Shown here: in pieces, positions 20,996-30,223 of the stretch
How the letters are laid out: each line of letters begins with the position of its first letter
Position numbering within the stretch: position 1 is the stretch's first letter
Sequence record: SRR20825006_189
Reading direction: 5' to 3' (one strand)
DNA: 64,000 nt
Position numbers and translations under genes: made by a program
The notes under the pieces: generated by a model
What the model was told of the DNA's origin: nothing
The model's input: the letters and a program-made list of their open reading frames with translations, nothing else
Database searches by the model: none

Positions 20996-21082
20996 CGTGC
21001 CGAACCTGGTCGCGGGGGAGGCGATTGCCGCCGTGAGGCGGTTTTTTTGATGAACTGATGTTCATACATTTTGGAGAATAAA
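20996..21082 (+). promoter_or_regulatory. rplY (bL25) leader region
   Basis: CCTGGTCGCGGGG at 21005-21017 matches a motif recalled from gammaproteobacterial rplY leaders. It is followed by hairpin GCCGCC-GTGA-GGCGGT plus a T-tract (21027-21048). Confidence 0.5.
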
Positions 21083-21790
21083 ATGGAAAACTTGTTTGAA
21101 GTACATGCCGAAGCACGTACTGATGAGGGGAAAGGTGCGAGCCGCCGCCTTCGTCATGCGGGCAAATTCCCGGCAGTGGTTTATGGGGCGGACAAAGATC
21201 CGGTTTCTATCACACTGGACCACAACCAGTTCCTGCGTCACCTGGATGAAGAAGCATTCTATGCACACATCCTGACGCTGTCTGTGGATGGTAAAAAAGA
21301 CCAGGTGGTGCTGAAAGATCTGCAACGTCACCCTGCCAACGACAACAAAATCCTGCACGCTGACTTTCTGCGTGTTGATGCCAAGCATGAAATGACCATG
21401 ACCGTGCCGATTCACTTCATCGGTGAAGACGTCGCGCCAGGCGTTAAAGAAGGTGGTCAGGTTTCACACATGATGACCGAAGTTGATGTCGCCTGTCTGC
21501 CGAAAGATCTGCCTGAGTACATTGAAGCAGATATTTCCAAGCTGGGTATGGATGAGAGTATTCACCTGTCTGAACTGACTGTGCCTAAAGGTGTGAGCCT
21601 GACTGCACTGACGCATCATCAGGAAGAAGAGCTGGAAGAAGGCGAACGTTCTGCTTACGACCAGGCTGTTGCCAGCATTCATATGCCGCGCGTACAGGAA
21701 GTTGAAGAAGACGAAGACGAAGATGAAGCAACTGAAGCGTCTGCCGATGAAGAAGAAAACGGCGACGACGAAGAAGCGACTGAAGAATAA
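21083..21790 (+). CDS. rplY: 50S ribosomal protein bL25 / Ctc (long form)
   Basis: GKGASRRLR, PAVVYG, QRHP, HADFLRV, second TL5 domain, acidic tail. Confidence 0.96.
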   Translation: MENLFEVHAEARTDEGKGASRRLRHAGKFPAVVYGADKDPVSITLDHNQFLRHLDEEAFYAHILTLSVDGKKDQVVLKDLQRHPANDNKILHADFLRVDAKHEMTMTVPIHFIGEDVAPGVKEGGQVSHMMTEVDVACLPKDLPEYIEADISKLGMDESIHLSELTVPKGVSLTALTHHQEEELEEGERSAYDQAVASIHMPRVQEVEEDEDEDEATEASADEEENGDDEEATEE

Positions 21791-21813
21791 TCTTTATCGT
21801 CTTGGGGAGCTGA

Positions 21814-22386
21814 ATGGCTAGCTGGATTATCGCCGGACTGGGCAACCCCGGCTCCCAATATGATGGAACCCGGCATAATGTCGGGTTCTGGCTATTGGAC
21901 CAGCTCGCTCGTGATCTTGGCACCACTTTGACGGTGCAGAAGAAGTATCATGGCGAGCTGGCTCAATGCGATCTGGGCGAGCACAAACTGTATCTGCTCA
22001 AACCCCTGACCTTTATGAATCGCAGTGGACAATCTGTCGCGCCACTGGCCAATTTTTTCAAAATTCCCCTGCAGAATATCCTGGTGATCCATGATGAACT
22101 GGATCTGGCTCCGGGCACGGTTCGCCTTAAGCGCGACGGTGGCCATGGCGGTCATAATGGCCTGAGAGATATTATTGCGCAAAGCGGGGGCAAGGATTTT
22201 CTGCGTTGCCGTCTCGGCATCGGCCATCCCGGCCATAGCAAGCTGGTATCGGATTACGTGCTGAGCAAGCCTTCACCGACCGACCGCCAGGCCATCGAGA
22301 CGGCCATCGAAAACATGTTAAAAATTCTGCCGGATGTCCTGTCGGGTAATCTCGATAAGGCCATGAACTGGCTGCACTCTCAATAG
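21814..22386 (+). CDS. pth: Peptidyl-tRNA hydrolase
   Basis: GLGNPG, TRHNVG, TFMNRSG, HDELD, GGHNG. Confidence 0.98.
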   Translation: MASWIIAGLGNPGSQYDGTRHNVGFWLLDQLARDLGTTLTVQKKYHGELAQCDLGEHKLYLLKPLTFMNRSGQSVAPLANFFKIPLQNILVIHDELDLAPGTVRLKRDGGHGGHNGLRDIIAQSGGKDFLRCRLGIGHPGHSKLVSDYVLSKPSPTDRQAIETAIENMLKILPDVLSGNLDKAMNWLHSQ

Positions 22387-22394
22387 GACTCGTT

Positions 22395-23486
22395 ATGGGA
22401 TTCAAATGCGGTATCGTCGGCTTACCTAATGTCGGTAAATCCACTCTGTTTAATGCTTTGACTGAAGCCGGCATTGACGCCCAGAACTATCCCTTCTGCA
22501 CCATCGAGCCCAATGTCGGTATCGTGCCGGTACCGGATCCCCGGATGGATAAACTGGCCGCGATTGTCAGCCCTGAGCGGGTGATGCCGACCACGATGGA
22601 GTTTGTCGATATCGCCGGTCTGGTTGAAGGCGCCTCCAAGGGCGAAGGTCTCGGCAACAAGTTCCTCGCCAATATCCGCGAAACCGATGCGATCGCCCAT
22701 GTGGTCCGCTGCTTTGAAGATGAGAATGTGGTCCATGTTGCCGGTAAGGTGTCACCACTGGATGATATCGAAGTGATTAACACCGAGCTGGCCCTGGCCG
22801 ATCTGGAAAGTGTTGAAAAAGCTATCAGCAAAGCGACTCGCGATGCTAAAAGCGGTGACAAGGTCGCCAAGGCCCGGGTGGAGTTGCTGACAAGAATGCG
22901 TGATCATCTGGATAGCGGCCAACCGGTTCGGGCGATGGGGCTGGATAAAGAAGAGCTGGCTCTGGTTCGTGATTTTCAGTTACTGACCAACAAACCCACC
23001 ATGTATATTGCCAATGTTTCCGAAGACGGCTTTGACAATAATCCGGCTTTGGCAGCGGTGCAGAAACTGGCAGAGCAGGAAAACGCGATTGTGGTGCCGA
23101 TATGTGCTGCAATTGAGGCCGAGATTGCCGATCTGGAAGACGATGACAAAGCTGACTTCCTGGAAGAACTTGGCCAGGAAGAACCGGGTCTGAATCGTGT
23201 CATCCGCAGTGGTTATCAATTGCTTGGCCTGCACACCTACTTCACCGCGGGGGTTAAAGAAGTTCGTGCCTGGACAGTGAAACTGGGCGCTACCGCTCCG
23301 GAAGGGGCGGGTGTGATTCACACCGATTTTCAGAAAGGCTTTATCCGCGCTGAAGTGGTCAGCTATGATGATTTTGTCGCCTATAATGGTGAACAAGGTG
23401 CCAAGGATGCCGGTAAATGGCGCCTGGAAGGTAAGGAGTATGTCATCCGGGATGGCGATGTGATGCACTTCCGCTTCAACGTCTAG
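22395..23486 (+). CDS. ychF: Redox-regulated ATPase YchF
   Basis: [25 protein letters not shown]-terminal HFRFNV. Confidence 0.98.
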   Translation: MGFKCGIVGLPNVGKSTLFNALTEAGIDAQNYPFCTIEPNVGIVPVPDPRMDKLAAIVSPERVMPTTMEFVDIAGLVEGASKGEGLGNKFLANIRETDAIAHVVRCFEDENVVHVAGKVSPLDDIEVINTELALADLESVEKAISKATRDAKSGDKVAKARVELLTRMRDHLDSGQPVRAMGLDKEELALVRDFQLLTNKPTMYIANVSEDGFDNNPALAAVQKLAEQENAIVVPICAAIEAEIADLEDDDKADFLEELGQEEPGLNRVIRSGYQLLGLHTYFTAGVKEVRAWTVKLGATAPEGAGVIHTDFQKGFIRAEVVSYDDFVAYNGEQGAKDAGKWRLEGKEYVIRDGDVMHFRFNV

Positions 23487-23534
23487 TTAATTTGTTACGC
23501 TAAACTGGTTTTCCCGTTTCAGGCAGGTACGCTT

Positions 23535-24581
23535 ATGAAAAGTTTGATTTCAGCACTGCTTGTTGCGGTGTTCGTTTGGTCCTCAGCGCTGTTTGCCAGT
23601 GAGGATCTCAATCAGTGTCTGATGACACAAATGACGACAGCCGATGACACGGTGACCATTGGTGAACTGCGACAGTTCTGCGAAGGGGAGCAAAGTCAGG
23701 CGGATATTGAAGCCGCTGCGCCATCCCCGACGGAACCGGTGGATATTGAGGTCACTGAAAACGGCGTGGAAACCGATGATGAATCGGCGATTACCCGGCG
23801 TTTATTCCTGGAAAAGAAAGAAGCACGCAATCCATTCGTGCTACTGCCGCATAAACCCAACTATATTATGCTCAGTAACAATATGAGCTCGCCCAATGAA
23901 GATCCGTTCCGTGCCGCCGATCCGGATGATGATATTAACTTCCAGCCCTGGGAAACCAAGTTTCAAATCAGTCTGAAAGCCCCGGTTGTTTATGGTTTGT
24001 TTAAGAACCGTGCTGATCTCTACGTGGCCTACACCAACCGTTCTTTCTGGCAGCAGTTTAATAAGGATGGCTCGGCACCGTTCCGTGACTCCAATCATGA
24101 GCCGGAAGCCTGGCTGTCATTCCGTAACGATTATGAACTGTTTGGTGTTAAAAACTCCGTCATCCGGACCGGTATCTCACATCAGTCGAATGGTCAGTCC
24201 GGTGAATTATCGCGTAGCTGGAACCGGGTCTATGCCGATTTCATTTTTGAATATGATGATCTCTATGTCTCGTTCAAGCCCTGGTTGCGTATTAACGAAG
24301 ACCGTGAGGATGATGACAATCCCGATATCGATGAATATATGGGCAACTTCGAACTGGGCGCGCTCTACAAAATGGATCAGCATAATTTTGATGTCATGCT
24401 CAGAAACAACCTGGATTTCGGCGAAAACTACGGTGCTATCCAACTGGGCTGGAGCTTCCCGCTCAGCGACCGGGTTCGAGGCTATGTGCAGTGGTTTAAC
24501 GGTTACGGGGAAAGCCTGATCGATTATGATGCTCACAGTAACAGTATCGGCTTTGGTATCCAGCTCAGCGACTGGCTATAA
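23535..24581 (+). CDS. pldA: Outer-membrane phospholipase A
   Basis: KFQISLK, catalytic HQSNG, SRSWNR, GYGESLIDY. Confidence 0.93.
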   Translation: MKSLISALLVAVFVWSSALFASEDLNQCLMTQMTTADDTVTIGELRQFCEGEQSQADIEAAAPSPTEPVDIEVTENGVETDDESAITRRLFLEKKEARNPFVLLPHKPNYIMLSNNMSSPNEDPFRAADPDDDINFQPWETKFQISLKAPVVYGLFKNRADLYVAYTNRSFWQQFNKDGSAPFRDSNHEPEAWLSFRNDYELFGVKNSVIRTGISHQSNGQSGELSRSWNRVYADFIFEYDDLYVSFKPWLRINEDREDDDNPDIDEYMGNFELGALYKMDQHNFDVMLRNNLDFGENYGAIQLGWSFPLSDRVRGYVQWFNGYGESLIDYDAHSNSIGFGIQLSDWL

Positions 24582-24596
24582 AATTCGGTTTCAGCC

Positions 24597-24632
24597 TTGA
24601 TATTTGCCGGTCGTTATCGTATTATGGCGCGC
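24597..24632 (+). promoter_or_regulatory. Sigma70 promoter with discriminator for tRNA-Met
   Basis: TTGATA-17 nt-TATTAT followed by GGCGCGC. Confidence 0.75.
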
Positions 24633-24641
24633 TTCTCATAC

Positions 24642-24718
24642 GGCTATGTAGCTCAGTTGGTTAGAGCACATCACTCATAATGATGGGGTCGGTGGTTCGA
24701 ATCCACCCATAGCCACCA
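24642..24718 (+). tRNA. tRNA-Met(CAT), elongator type
   Basis: GGCTATGTAGCTCAGTTGGTTAGAGC, CATCA-CTCATAA-TGATG arm, GGTTCGAATCC, ACCA end; G1-C72 paired. Confidence 0.95.
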
Positions 24719-24843
24719 CTTCGTTTTTTATTCCCACCTCATCCAGTTTAAAGCCGTCAAATTTTTAGCTTAATGGCTTGTATCTGTGGTATCAGCCAGC
24801 TATCTTGATTCTCCTGTCCCGGAAAAATTGCAGGAAACCTTCA

Positions 24844-25134
24844 ATGAAAGTGCTATTAGCTTCTGTACTCTTGTTATTCAGTCTCACAACGATGGCTGCT
24901 GATAGTTCTGAGACGGATTCGCTTATCACCGTTAAACAGATTTATAACAGTACAGAGCCCCACCCCCTCAATATTAATAAGGCTGACAAGCAGGCGCAGG
25001 AAATGTGTCGTTTACGCGGTTTTAATACCGCTGAGAGGCTGGGTGAGGAGAAGCAACTTTGTGATCGCTATACTGGCTGGTATGAGTGCTATTATCGCCG
25101 GGTCGAACAGCTTTACCAGTGCAGTAATCAGTAA
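24844..25134 (+). CDS. Small secreted 4-Cys protein, YecR-like
   Basis: Signal peptide; pattern A..MC...G...AE..G.....C........C.........YQC recalled for the YecR family. Confidence 0.6.
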   Translation: MKVLLASVLLLFSLTTMAADSSETDSLITVKQIYNSTEPHPLNINKADKQAQEMCRLRGFNTAERLGEEKQLCDRYTGWYECYYRRVEQLYQCSNQ

Positions 25135-25181
25135 ACTAAAACGGCACCAGACTACTTATCTGGCTACGCCCTTTTCTGGCT

Positions 25182-25769
25182 ATGCAATCTGCTCCACCAA
25201 ACTGCTCTGATGTGCTGGCCTGCTCGGTCTGTAAAGACAAGTTGCCGCTGGAACCGAAGCCAATCCTGCAATTCAGTCAGCAAGCCCGTATCCTGATCGC
25301 CGGTCAGGCGCCTGGCCGTAAAGCGCATGACAGCGGTATACCGTTTAATGATGTCAGTGGCAACAGGTTGAGAGACTGGATGGGCATCGAGCGGGCGCAG
25401 TTTTATGATGCAACACAGATCGCTATTCTGCCGATGGGTTTTTGTTTTCCTGGCTCGGGCAAAAGCGGCGATCGGCCCCCTCGGCCTGAATGTGCTGAGA
25501 CCTGGCATGCAGACCTGTTGCCTCAGTTAAAACAATTGCAGTTAACGCTTGTTATCGGTCGCTATGCCATGGCCTACCATCTGCCTGATTTTAATGGCTC
25601 AGTGACCGATGCAGTTATGAATTGGCAGGCTTACTGGCCTCTTTGCCTGCCATTGCCCCATCCCAGCCCACGCAATCAGCGTTGGCTCAAGCAAAACCCC
25701 TGGTTTGAGCGTGAAGTCCTGCCGCTGCTCAAACAACGCGTGGCTGACATTCTTAAAAATAACCTCTGA
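25182..25769 (+). CDS. Uracil-DNA glycosylase superfamily protein
   Basis: GQAPG, PF.D.SG.RLR.W, MGFCFPG, PPRPEC, LPHPSPRN. Confidence 0.88.
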   Translation: MQSAPPNCSDVLACSVCKDKLPLEPKPILQFSQQARILIAGQAPGRKAHDSGIPFNDVSGNRLRDWMGIERAQFYDATQIAILPMGFCFPGSGKSGDRPPRPECAETWHADLLPQLKQLQLTLVIGRYAMAYHLPDFNGSVTDAVMNWQAYWPLCLPLPHPSPRNQRWLKQNPWFEREVLPLLKQRVADILKNNL

Positions 25770-25778
25770 TTATTTGTC

Positions 25779-25907
25779 TGCGCCAGTTTGGCACGGTAAG
25801 CAAAGCTTTTGCACTGCTTCGGTTCATGGCTAAGCACTGTTAAGTCGATTGCAAACCATCAAGTCATTGTTTATTAAAGATAATCAATAACTGGCATAAC
25901 TATTTCA
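25779..25907 (+). promoter_or_regulatory. Putative NtrC/sigma54 promoter of glnK-amtB
   Basis: NtrC-like TGCGCCAGTTTGGCACG (25779-25795) and TGCACTGCTTCGGTTCA (25810-25826), 31 bp apart; IHF-like CATCAAGTCATTG (25857-25869); -24/-12 TGGCAT-AACTA-TTTCA (25892-25907). Confidence 0.65.
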
Positions 25908-25957
25908 TTGATTCTCCGGGGTAATTTATTTTTCCTATTTAGAAACAGGAGCCAATA

Positions 25958-26296
25958 ATGAAAATAGTGACAGCCATTATTCGCCCTCACGCCCTGGAAA
26001 TAGTGCGATCGGCCTTGCAGGAAGCCGGCGTCAACGGGATGACCGTGGGGGAAATCAGGGGGTTTGGCCGGCAGAAAGGCCATGCGGCGCTCTATCGGGG
26101 TGCGGAATATAACATTGCGTTCCAACCCAAGATTCAACTCGAGCTTGCCGTCGATGACAGTCAGGTAGACCAGGTGACCGAGATCATTACGACTCAGGCC
26201 CGGACCGGACAGGTCGGTGACGGCAAGATATTTATCGCCAGCCTGGATTCGGTAATCCGTATCCGGACTGGTGAAACCGGTGTTGAAGCCATTTAA
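25958..26296 (+). CDS. glnK: P-II nitrogen regulator
   Basis: GFGRQKG, YRGAEY (Tyr51), TGQVGDGKIF, RIRTGE; 112 aa; directly upstream of amt. Confidence 0.92.
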   Translation: MKIVTAIIRPHALEIVRSALQEAGVNGMTVGEIRGFGRQKGHAALYRGAEYNIAFQPKIQLELAVDDSQVDQVTEIITTQARTGQVGDGKIFIASLDSVIRIRTGETGVEAI

Positions 26297-26307
26297 GGGA
26301 GTTAGCA

Positions 26308-27561
26308 ATGGATACGATGGTAATTGAAGTAAGTTACGCGCTGGATACGTTTTATTTCCTGATGTGTACGGCATTAGTCATGTGGATGGCCGCCGGGTTT
26401 GCAATGCTGGAATCCGGTCTGGTCCGAGGTAAAAATACGGTTGAGATTCTCAACAAGAATGCGCTGCTGTATGGCGTGGCCTGTATTGTCTATCTATTGG
26501 TGGGCTATAACGTCATGTACCCGGGCGATCCGGTCAGTTCATTTATTCCGGGCATCGATTTTCTGCTGGGCAGCGATAATACCGTTGATGCTGTGACGGC
26601 GGGGGGTGAGGGTGCCCCCTACTACTCAAGTATGGCCGACTTTATCTTCCAGGCAGTGTTTGCCGCAGCGACGATGTCGATTGTTTCCGGTGCCGTAGCA
26701 GAAAGAATGCGTTTGTGGCCATTCCTGATTTTCGCGGTGTTTATGGTCGGTTTTATCTATCCGGTAGAAGGTTACTGGAAATGGGGCGGTGGTTTTCTGG
26801 ATCAACTGGGCTTCCAGGACTTTGCCGGTTCCGTTGTGGTGCATATGGCCGGTGCTGCTGCTGCCCTGGCTGCTGTGTTGATTATCGGTCCGCGTAAAGG
26901 TAAATACGGCAAAAACGGCGAAGTGCATGCGATTCCGGGTGCCAACCTGCCGCTGGCCACATTGGGTATGTTTATCCTTTGGATGGGCTGGTTTGGCTTC
27001 AATGGTGGTTCCGAACTCAAAATCGCCAATGTCGATGAAGCCAATGCGGTGGCGAAAATTTTCGTTAACACCAACGCCGCAGCGGCAGCAGGTATGGTCG
27101 CTGCCGCACTGCTGTCGCGCTTTATGTTCGGCAAGACCGATCTGACCATGACCATCAACGGCGCGTTGGCGGGACTGGTAGCGATTACCGCTGAACCACT
27201 CATGCCAGGTGCCGGCGTGGCTTCCTTGATCGGTTTAGGTGGTGGCCTGATTGTGGTGTTATCCGTGATCGGACTGGATAAACTCAAGATCGACGATCCG
27301 GTCGGTGCGATTTCGGTGCATGGCACGGCCGGTATCTGGGGCATCTTTGCGGTGTTGTTTACCAATCCTGCAGCGACTTTCACCGGTCAGTTGATTGGAA
27401 CCCTGGCGACGTTCGCCTGGATGTTCGGTGCTTCCTTTATCGTACTGTCGGTGATTAACAAAATCATCAAGCTGCGCGTCAGTGAGGAAGAGGAAATGGA
27501 AGGCATGGATATTCACGAATGTGGTATGACAGCCTATCCCGAGTTCACCCCTGATAAGTAA
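26308..27561 (+). CDS. amtB: Ammonium transporter (Amt family)
   Basis: DFAGSVVVH, GWFGFNGGS, NGALAGLVAIT, IDDPVGAISVHG. Confidence 0.95.
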   Translation: MDTMVIEVSYALDTFYFLMCTALVMWMAAGFAMLESGLVRGKNTVEILNKNALLYGVACIVYLLVGYNVMYPGDPVSSFIPGIDFLLGSDNTVDAVTAGGEGAPYYSSMADFIFQAVFAAATMSIVSGAVAERMRLWPFLIFAVFMVGFIYPVEGYWKWGGGFLDQLGFQDFAGSVVVHMAGAAAALAAVLIIGPRKGKYGKNGEVHAIPGANLPLATLGMFILWMGWFGFNGGSELKIANVDEANAVAKIFVNTNAAAAAGMVAAALLSRFMFGKTDLTMTINGALAGLVAITAEPLMPGAGVASLIGLGGGLIVVLSVIGLDKLKIDDPVGAISVHGTAGIWGIFAVLFTNPAATFTGQLIGTLATFAWMFGASFIVLSVINKIIKLRVSEEEEMEGMDIHECGMTAYPEFTPDK

Positions 27562-27581
27562 AATTCAGAGGTTCACTACAG

Positions 27582-27610
27582 AAAACGCCGGCTAATGCCG
27601 GCGTTTTTTT
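27582..27610. terminator. Bidirectional intrinsic terminator between amtB and mxaL
   Basis: AAAACGCCGGC-TAAT-GCCGGCGTTTTTTT. Confidence 0.88.
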
Positions 27611-27698
27611 GGGATCTAAGTTCAGCCTGTCATTATAGTATCAAGTTCATCCAGACAGTTGCTCTCCTGACTTGGGCGGCTCGATAAAATGCTATCGT

Positions 27699-28667
27699 TT
27701 ATGTCCGTGTTAATTGCCACTTGGGCCGGAAGGGGTGATAGCAATAAACCGTCATCAACAGGGCAAGCACAGCGCTGACTGCGTTGAGACGGGTGGGCTG
27801 TACCTGACGGTTTGCAAAAGCTTCCTGCTTCAATGCCTGTGACAGGGCGGCATCCTCCTGAAGATGGTGATAGCCCATTTTTGCCTGTTCGCCGATTTTT
27901 TTCAGGTAGTCTTCACGAACATTGGATAAATGCTCGGTACCGACAACCTTGGCTGTTCCCCATGGGCCATTACGTGGAATATAGCCTTCAACTTTGCTGG
28001 GATCAGCCGGTAAGCCAAATCGGCTGGCATGCGGTACGTCCTCCGCAGTATAAAAACCGATCTGTTTACCCTCTTCATCAAATTTGGGGATTTTACTCTT
28101 ATTGTGCTGACCGACACCGACGATAAGACCACTGCGCCACTCTGCCGGTTTGTCCTGTAACAGTTCCAGATAACTATAGTCAGGCGCATAACGCGGATTA
28201 ACCGGTGGCGCTTCATGACCATCGGTAAAAAACACCAGTTTATTGCCTTTCAATACGTTGCCCTGCATCAGTTCCAGCGCGTTGTAGAGTGCCTGGCTGA
28301 TATTGCTGTCGGCGACCCAGGCCATACGCCAATCGAGTTCAGTTATGCTGGCTTCCAGCACCGGATAATCCAGACAAACATCTATCGGCGAATACAGCAG
28401 GGCTGGACTACGTTCAGTGAAAACGCCAAGCCCGACTTTTGAGCCACAGGGTAAACTCCGGGCGACCGCCAGCATTGCCGCTTTACTGCGTTCCAACCGG
28501 CTGATAGCGCCACCGTCCGCATCGCTGTAATCCTGCACGTTCATACTGCGGGTAATGTCGAGCATAAACACGTAGTCATAGGTTTTCACCGGAAACGGCA
28601 ATGGCGGCAGTAATAGTGCGAACAGGGTAAACAGGGCGGCGGCGATAAGACTGATGAGACGGGTCAT
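27699..28667 (-). CDS. mxaL: MxaL, vWA-domain MDH maturation protein
   Basis: MIDAS DITRSMN, LPCGS, DWRMAW, FTDGHEAP; last gene of the mxa run. Confidence 0.9.
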   Translation of the reverse strand: MTRLISLIAAALFTLFALLLPPLPFPVKTYDYVFMLDITRSMNVQDYSDADGGAISRLERSKAAMLAVARSLPCGSKVGLGVFTERSPALLYSPIDVCLDYPVLEASITELDWRMAWVADSNISQALYNALELMQGNVLKGNKLVFFTDGHEAPPVNPRYAPDYSYLELLQDKPAEWRSGLIVGVGQHNKSKIPKFDEEGKQIGFYTAEDVPHASRFGLPADPSKVEGYIPRNGPWGTAKVVGTEHLSNVREDYLKKIGEQAKMGYHHLQEDAALSQALKQEAFANRQVQPTRLNAVSAVLALLMTVYCYHPFRPKWQLTRT

Positions 28668-28676
28668 GATGAGTTC

Positions 28677-29246
28677 CTAAGGCAGACCCAGCGGAAAACC
28701 GGGCATGGCTGACCAGAGTTCTTCTGAGGCCTCTTCGGCCGCCCCGGATTCCTGTAAATCACCCAGCGGTAAATCCCGTGACAGGCGTTGTGCCGCTTCC
28801 AGATTGTATTTGGCAGCCCAGAAATACGGGTCCTGTTTCAGCGCGGTCCGGAATAAATCCTTGGCCACATCAGCCAGGGCAGTGGCTCTGTCTATGCCCA
28901 TTTGTTCGGCCACTTCGATGGCCTGCTCGAGATAGAGGTTGCCCATGTTGTAGTGGATGACTTTGACAAAATCGGACGCAACCACACGCTCTGCTCTGCC
29001 ATAGGCATCGACGGCTTGTTCGAACAGGCCCTGCCGATGCAGATGCCAGGCATAGGCGAACTGATTTTCGGGCTGGCTCAGATCCACCTCATCGGCGTCG
29101 ATAAAACGACCGGTCTTGAGTTGTTGCAGGGTCTGGTTAATCCCGCTCAGACGTTGCCGTTCGACCAGTGTCTGCGTGAGCAATACCAGCAATATTAACA
29201 GGACAATAGTCAACAGGTAGCGCAGGTAGACACGCCGCAGAATCAT
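28677..29246 (-). CDS. mxaK: MxaK, TPR-like MDH maturation protein
   Basis: YNMGNLYL, AKYNLE, LWSAMPGFPLGLP; synteny. Confidence 0.88.
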   Translation of the reverse strand: MILRRVYLRYLLTIVLLILLVLLTQTLVERQRLSGINQTLQQLKTGRFIDADEVDLSQPENQFAYAWHLHRQGLFEQAVDAYGRAERVVASDFVKVIHYNMGNLYLEQAIEVAEQMGIDRATALADVAKDLFRTALKQDPYFWAAKYNLEAAQRLSRDLPLGDLQESGAAEEASEELWSAMPGFPLGLP

Positions 29247-30223
29247 GATTTTTTCTCCAGCAGTTTGACCACAATCAGCAACAGCATGGCGAGCAGCGCC
29301 AGGCTGTATAACCAGACTGAGAGGCTCTGTCGCGGGGTCGTTTCTTGGTAGATAAGAGGCAGACTTTCCAGTTCATCGAGTTCTGCAATAGAGGCCTGCA
29401 GAGATTCAACGGTATCGACCTCATAAGCATGGTAGGGCACAGACAAAGTGTTAAAGAACTTGTGCAGGTGGCGCTCGGGCATGACCCGCGGATTATCGTC
29501 CTGCGGCGTACCCGGCTCACTGTAGATGCCGAGTCCGTTCTCGGTACGCAAGAAAAACCAATAGAGGCTGACGCGGTAACGTTCAAACCATTCACGCAAG
29601 GTCTTCTGCGCCCGGTGATCAAGTGAAGCGGCCCCATCAGAGACCAGCACAATGACGCGGGAGCCGGTATGCGGCTGATCTTTGAAATAACGCAGCCCCA
29701 TCCCCAGTCCCTTGGCGACATTGGTGAAAGCCAGTCCCGGTGTTTCCATGCTATTGATGGCAGCCTGAATCGCAGACTTGTGCTCGGTCAGCGGGCTGAC
29801 ATAAAACGGTTGGGTACTGAAACCGGCAACACCGAACAAGTCATGCGGTCGATTACTGACAAACTCAGACAGCAGTCGCCGTGCTGCCTGTGCTTTGGAT
29901 TGTTCATTTTCATCCGGAGTTTGGCCGCCAAAGGTTTCATTCATACTGGCACTGCGATCCAGAACAAATACAATATGGGCACCACTGCCGGTGCGGGTGA
30001 CGGTCTGCTCCAGGATATGTAGTCCGGCGATGCCGACAATGAGGCTGGCGATGCTGATGACGGCGGTCGCCAGAATTAAGCGATTCAGCCAGACAGTGAC
30101 CGGGTTGAGCGCGACAAGTTGAGCACTGGCACAGGCACGTCGCTCAAACAGGCTGGATGCGAAAGGCAGCAGACACAAGGGTAACAGCAGCAACAGCCAG
30201 GGATGGGAGAACGCCAGACTCAT
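29243..30223 (-). CDS. mxaC: MxaC, vWA-domain protein
   Basis: DRSASM MIDAS, LVSDG, TM ends; synteny. Confidence 0.9.
   Translation of the reverse strand: MSLAFSHPWLLLLLPLCLLPFASSLFERRACASAQLVALNPVTVWLNRLILATAVISIASLIVGIAGLHILEQTVTRTGSGAHIVFVLDRSASMNETFGGQTPDENEQSKAQAARRLLSEFVSNRPHDLFGVAGFSTQPFYVSPLTEHKSAIQAAINSMETPGLAFTNVAKGLGMGLRYFKDQPHTGSRVIVLVSDGAASLDHRAQKTLREWFERYRVSLYWFFLRTENGLGIYSEPGTPQDDNPRVMPERHLHKFFNTLSVPYHAYEVDTVESLQASIAELDELESLPLIYQETTPRQSLSVWLYSLALLAMLLLIVVKLLEKKS

Noticed and set aside
23986-24519. 177-aa alternate-frame ORF inside pldA
   Set aside because: Fully nested, Ser/Met/Thr-rich frameshift-type composition, no motifs.
25790-25805. TGGCAC as a second sigma54 -24 box
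   Set aside because: No TTGC at the right spacing; better explained as half of an NtrC-like site.
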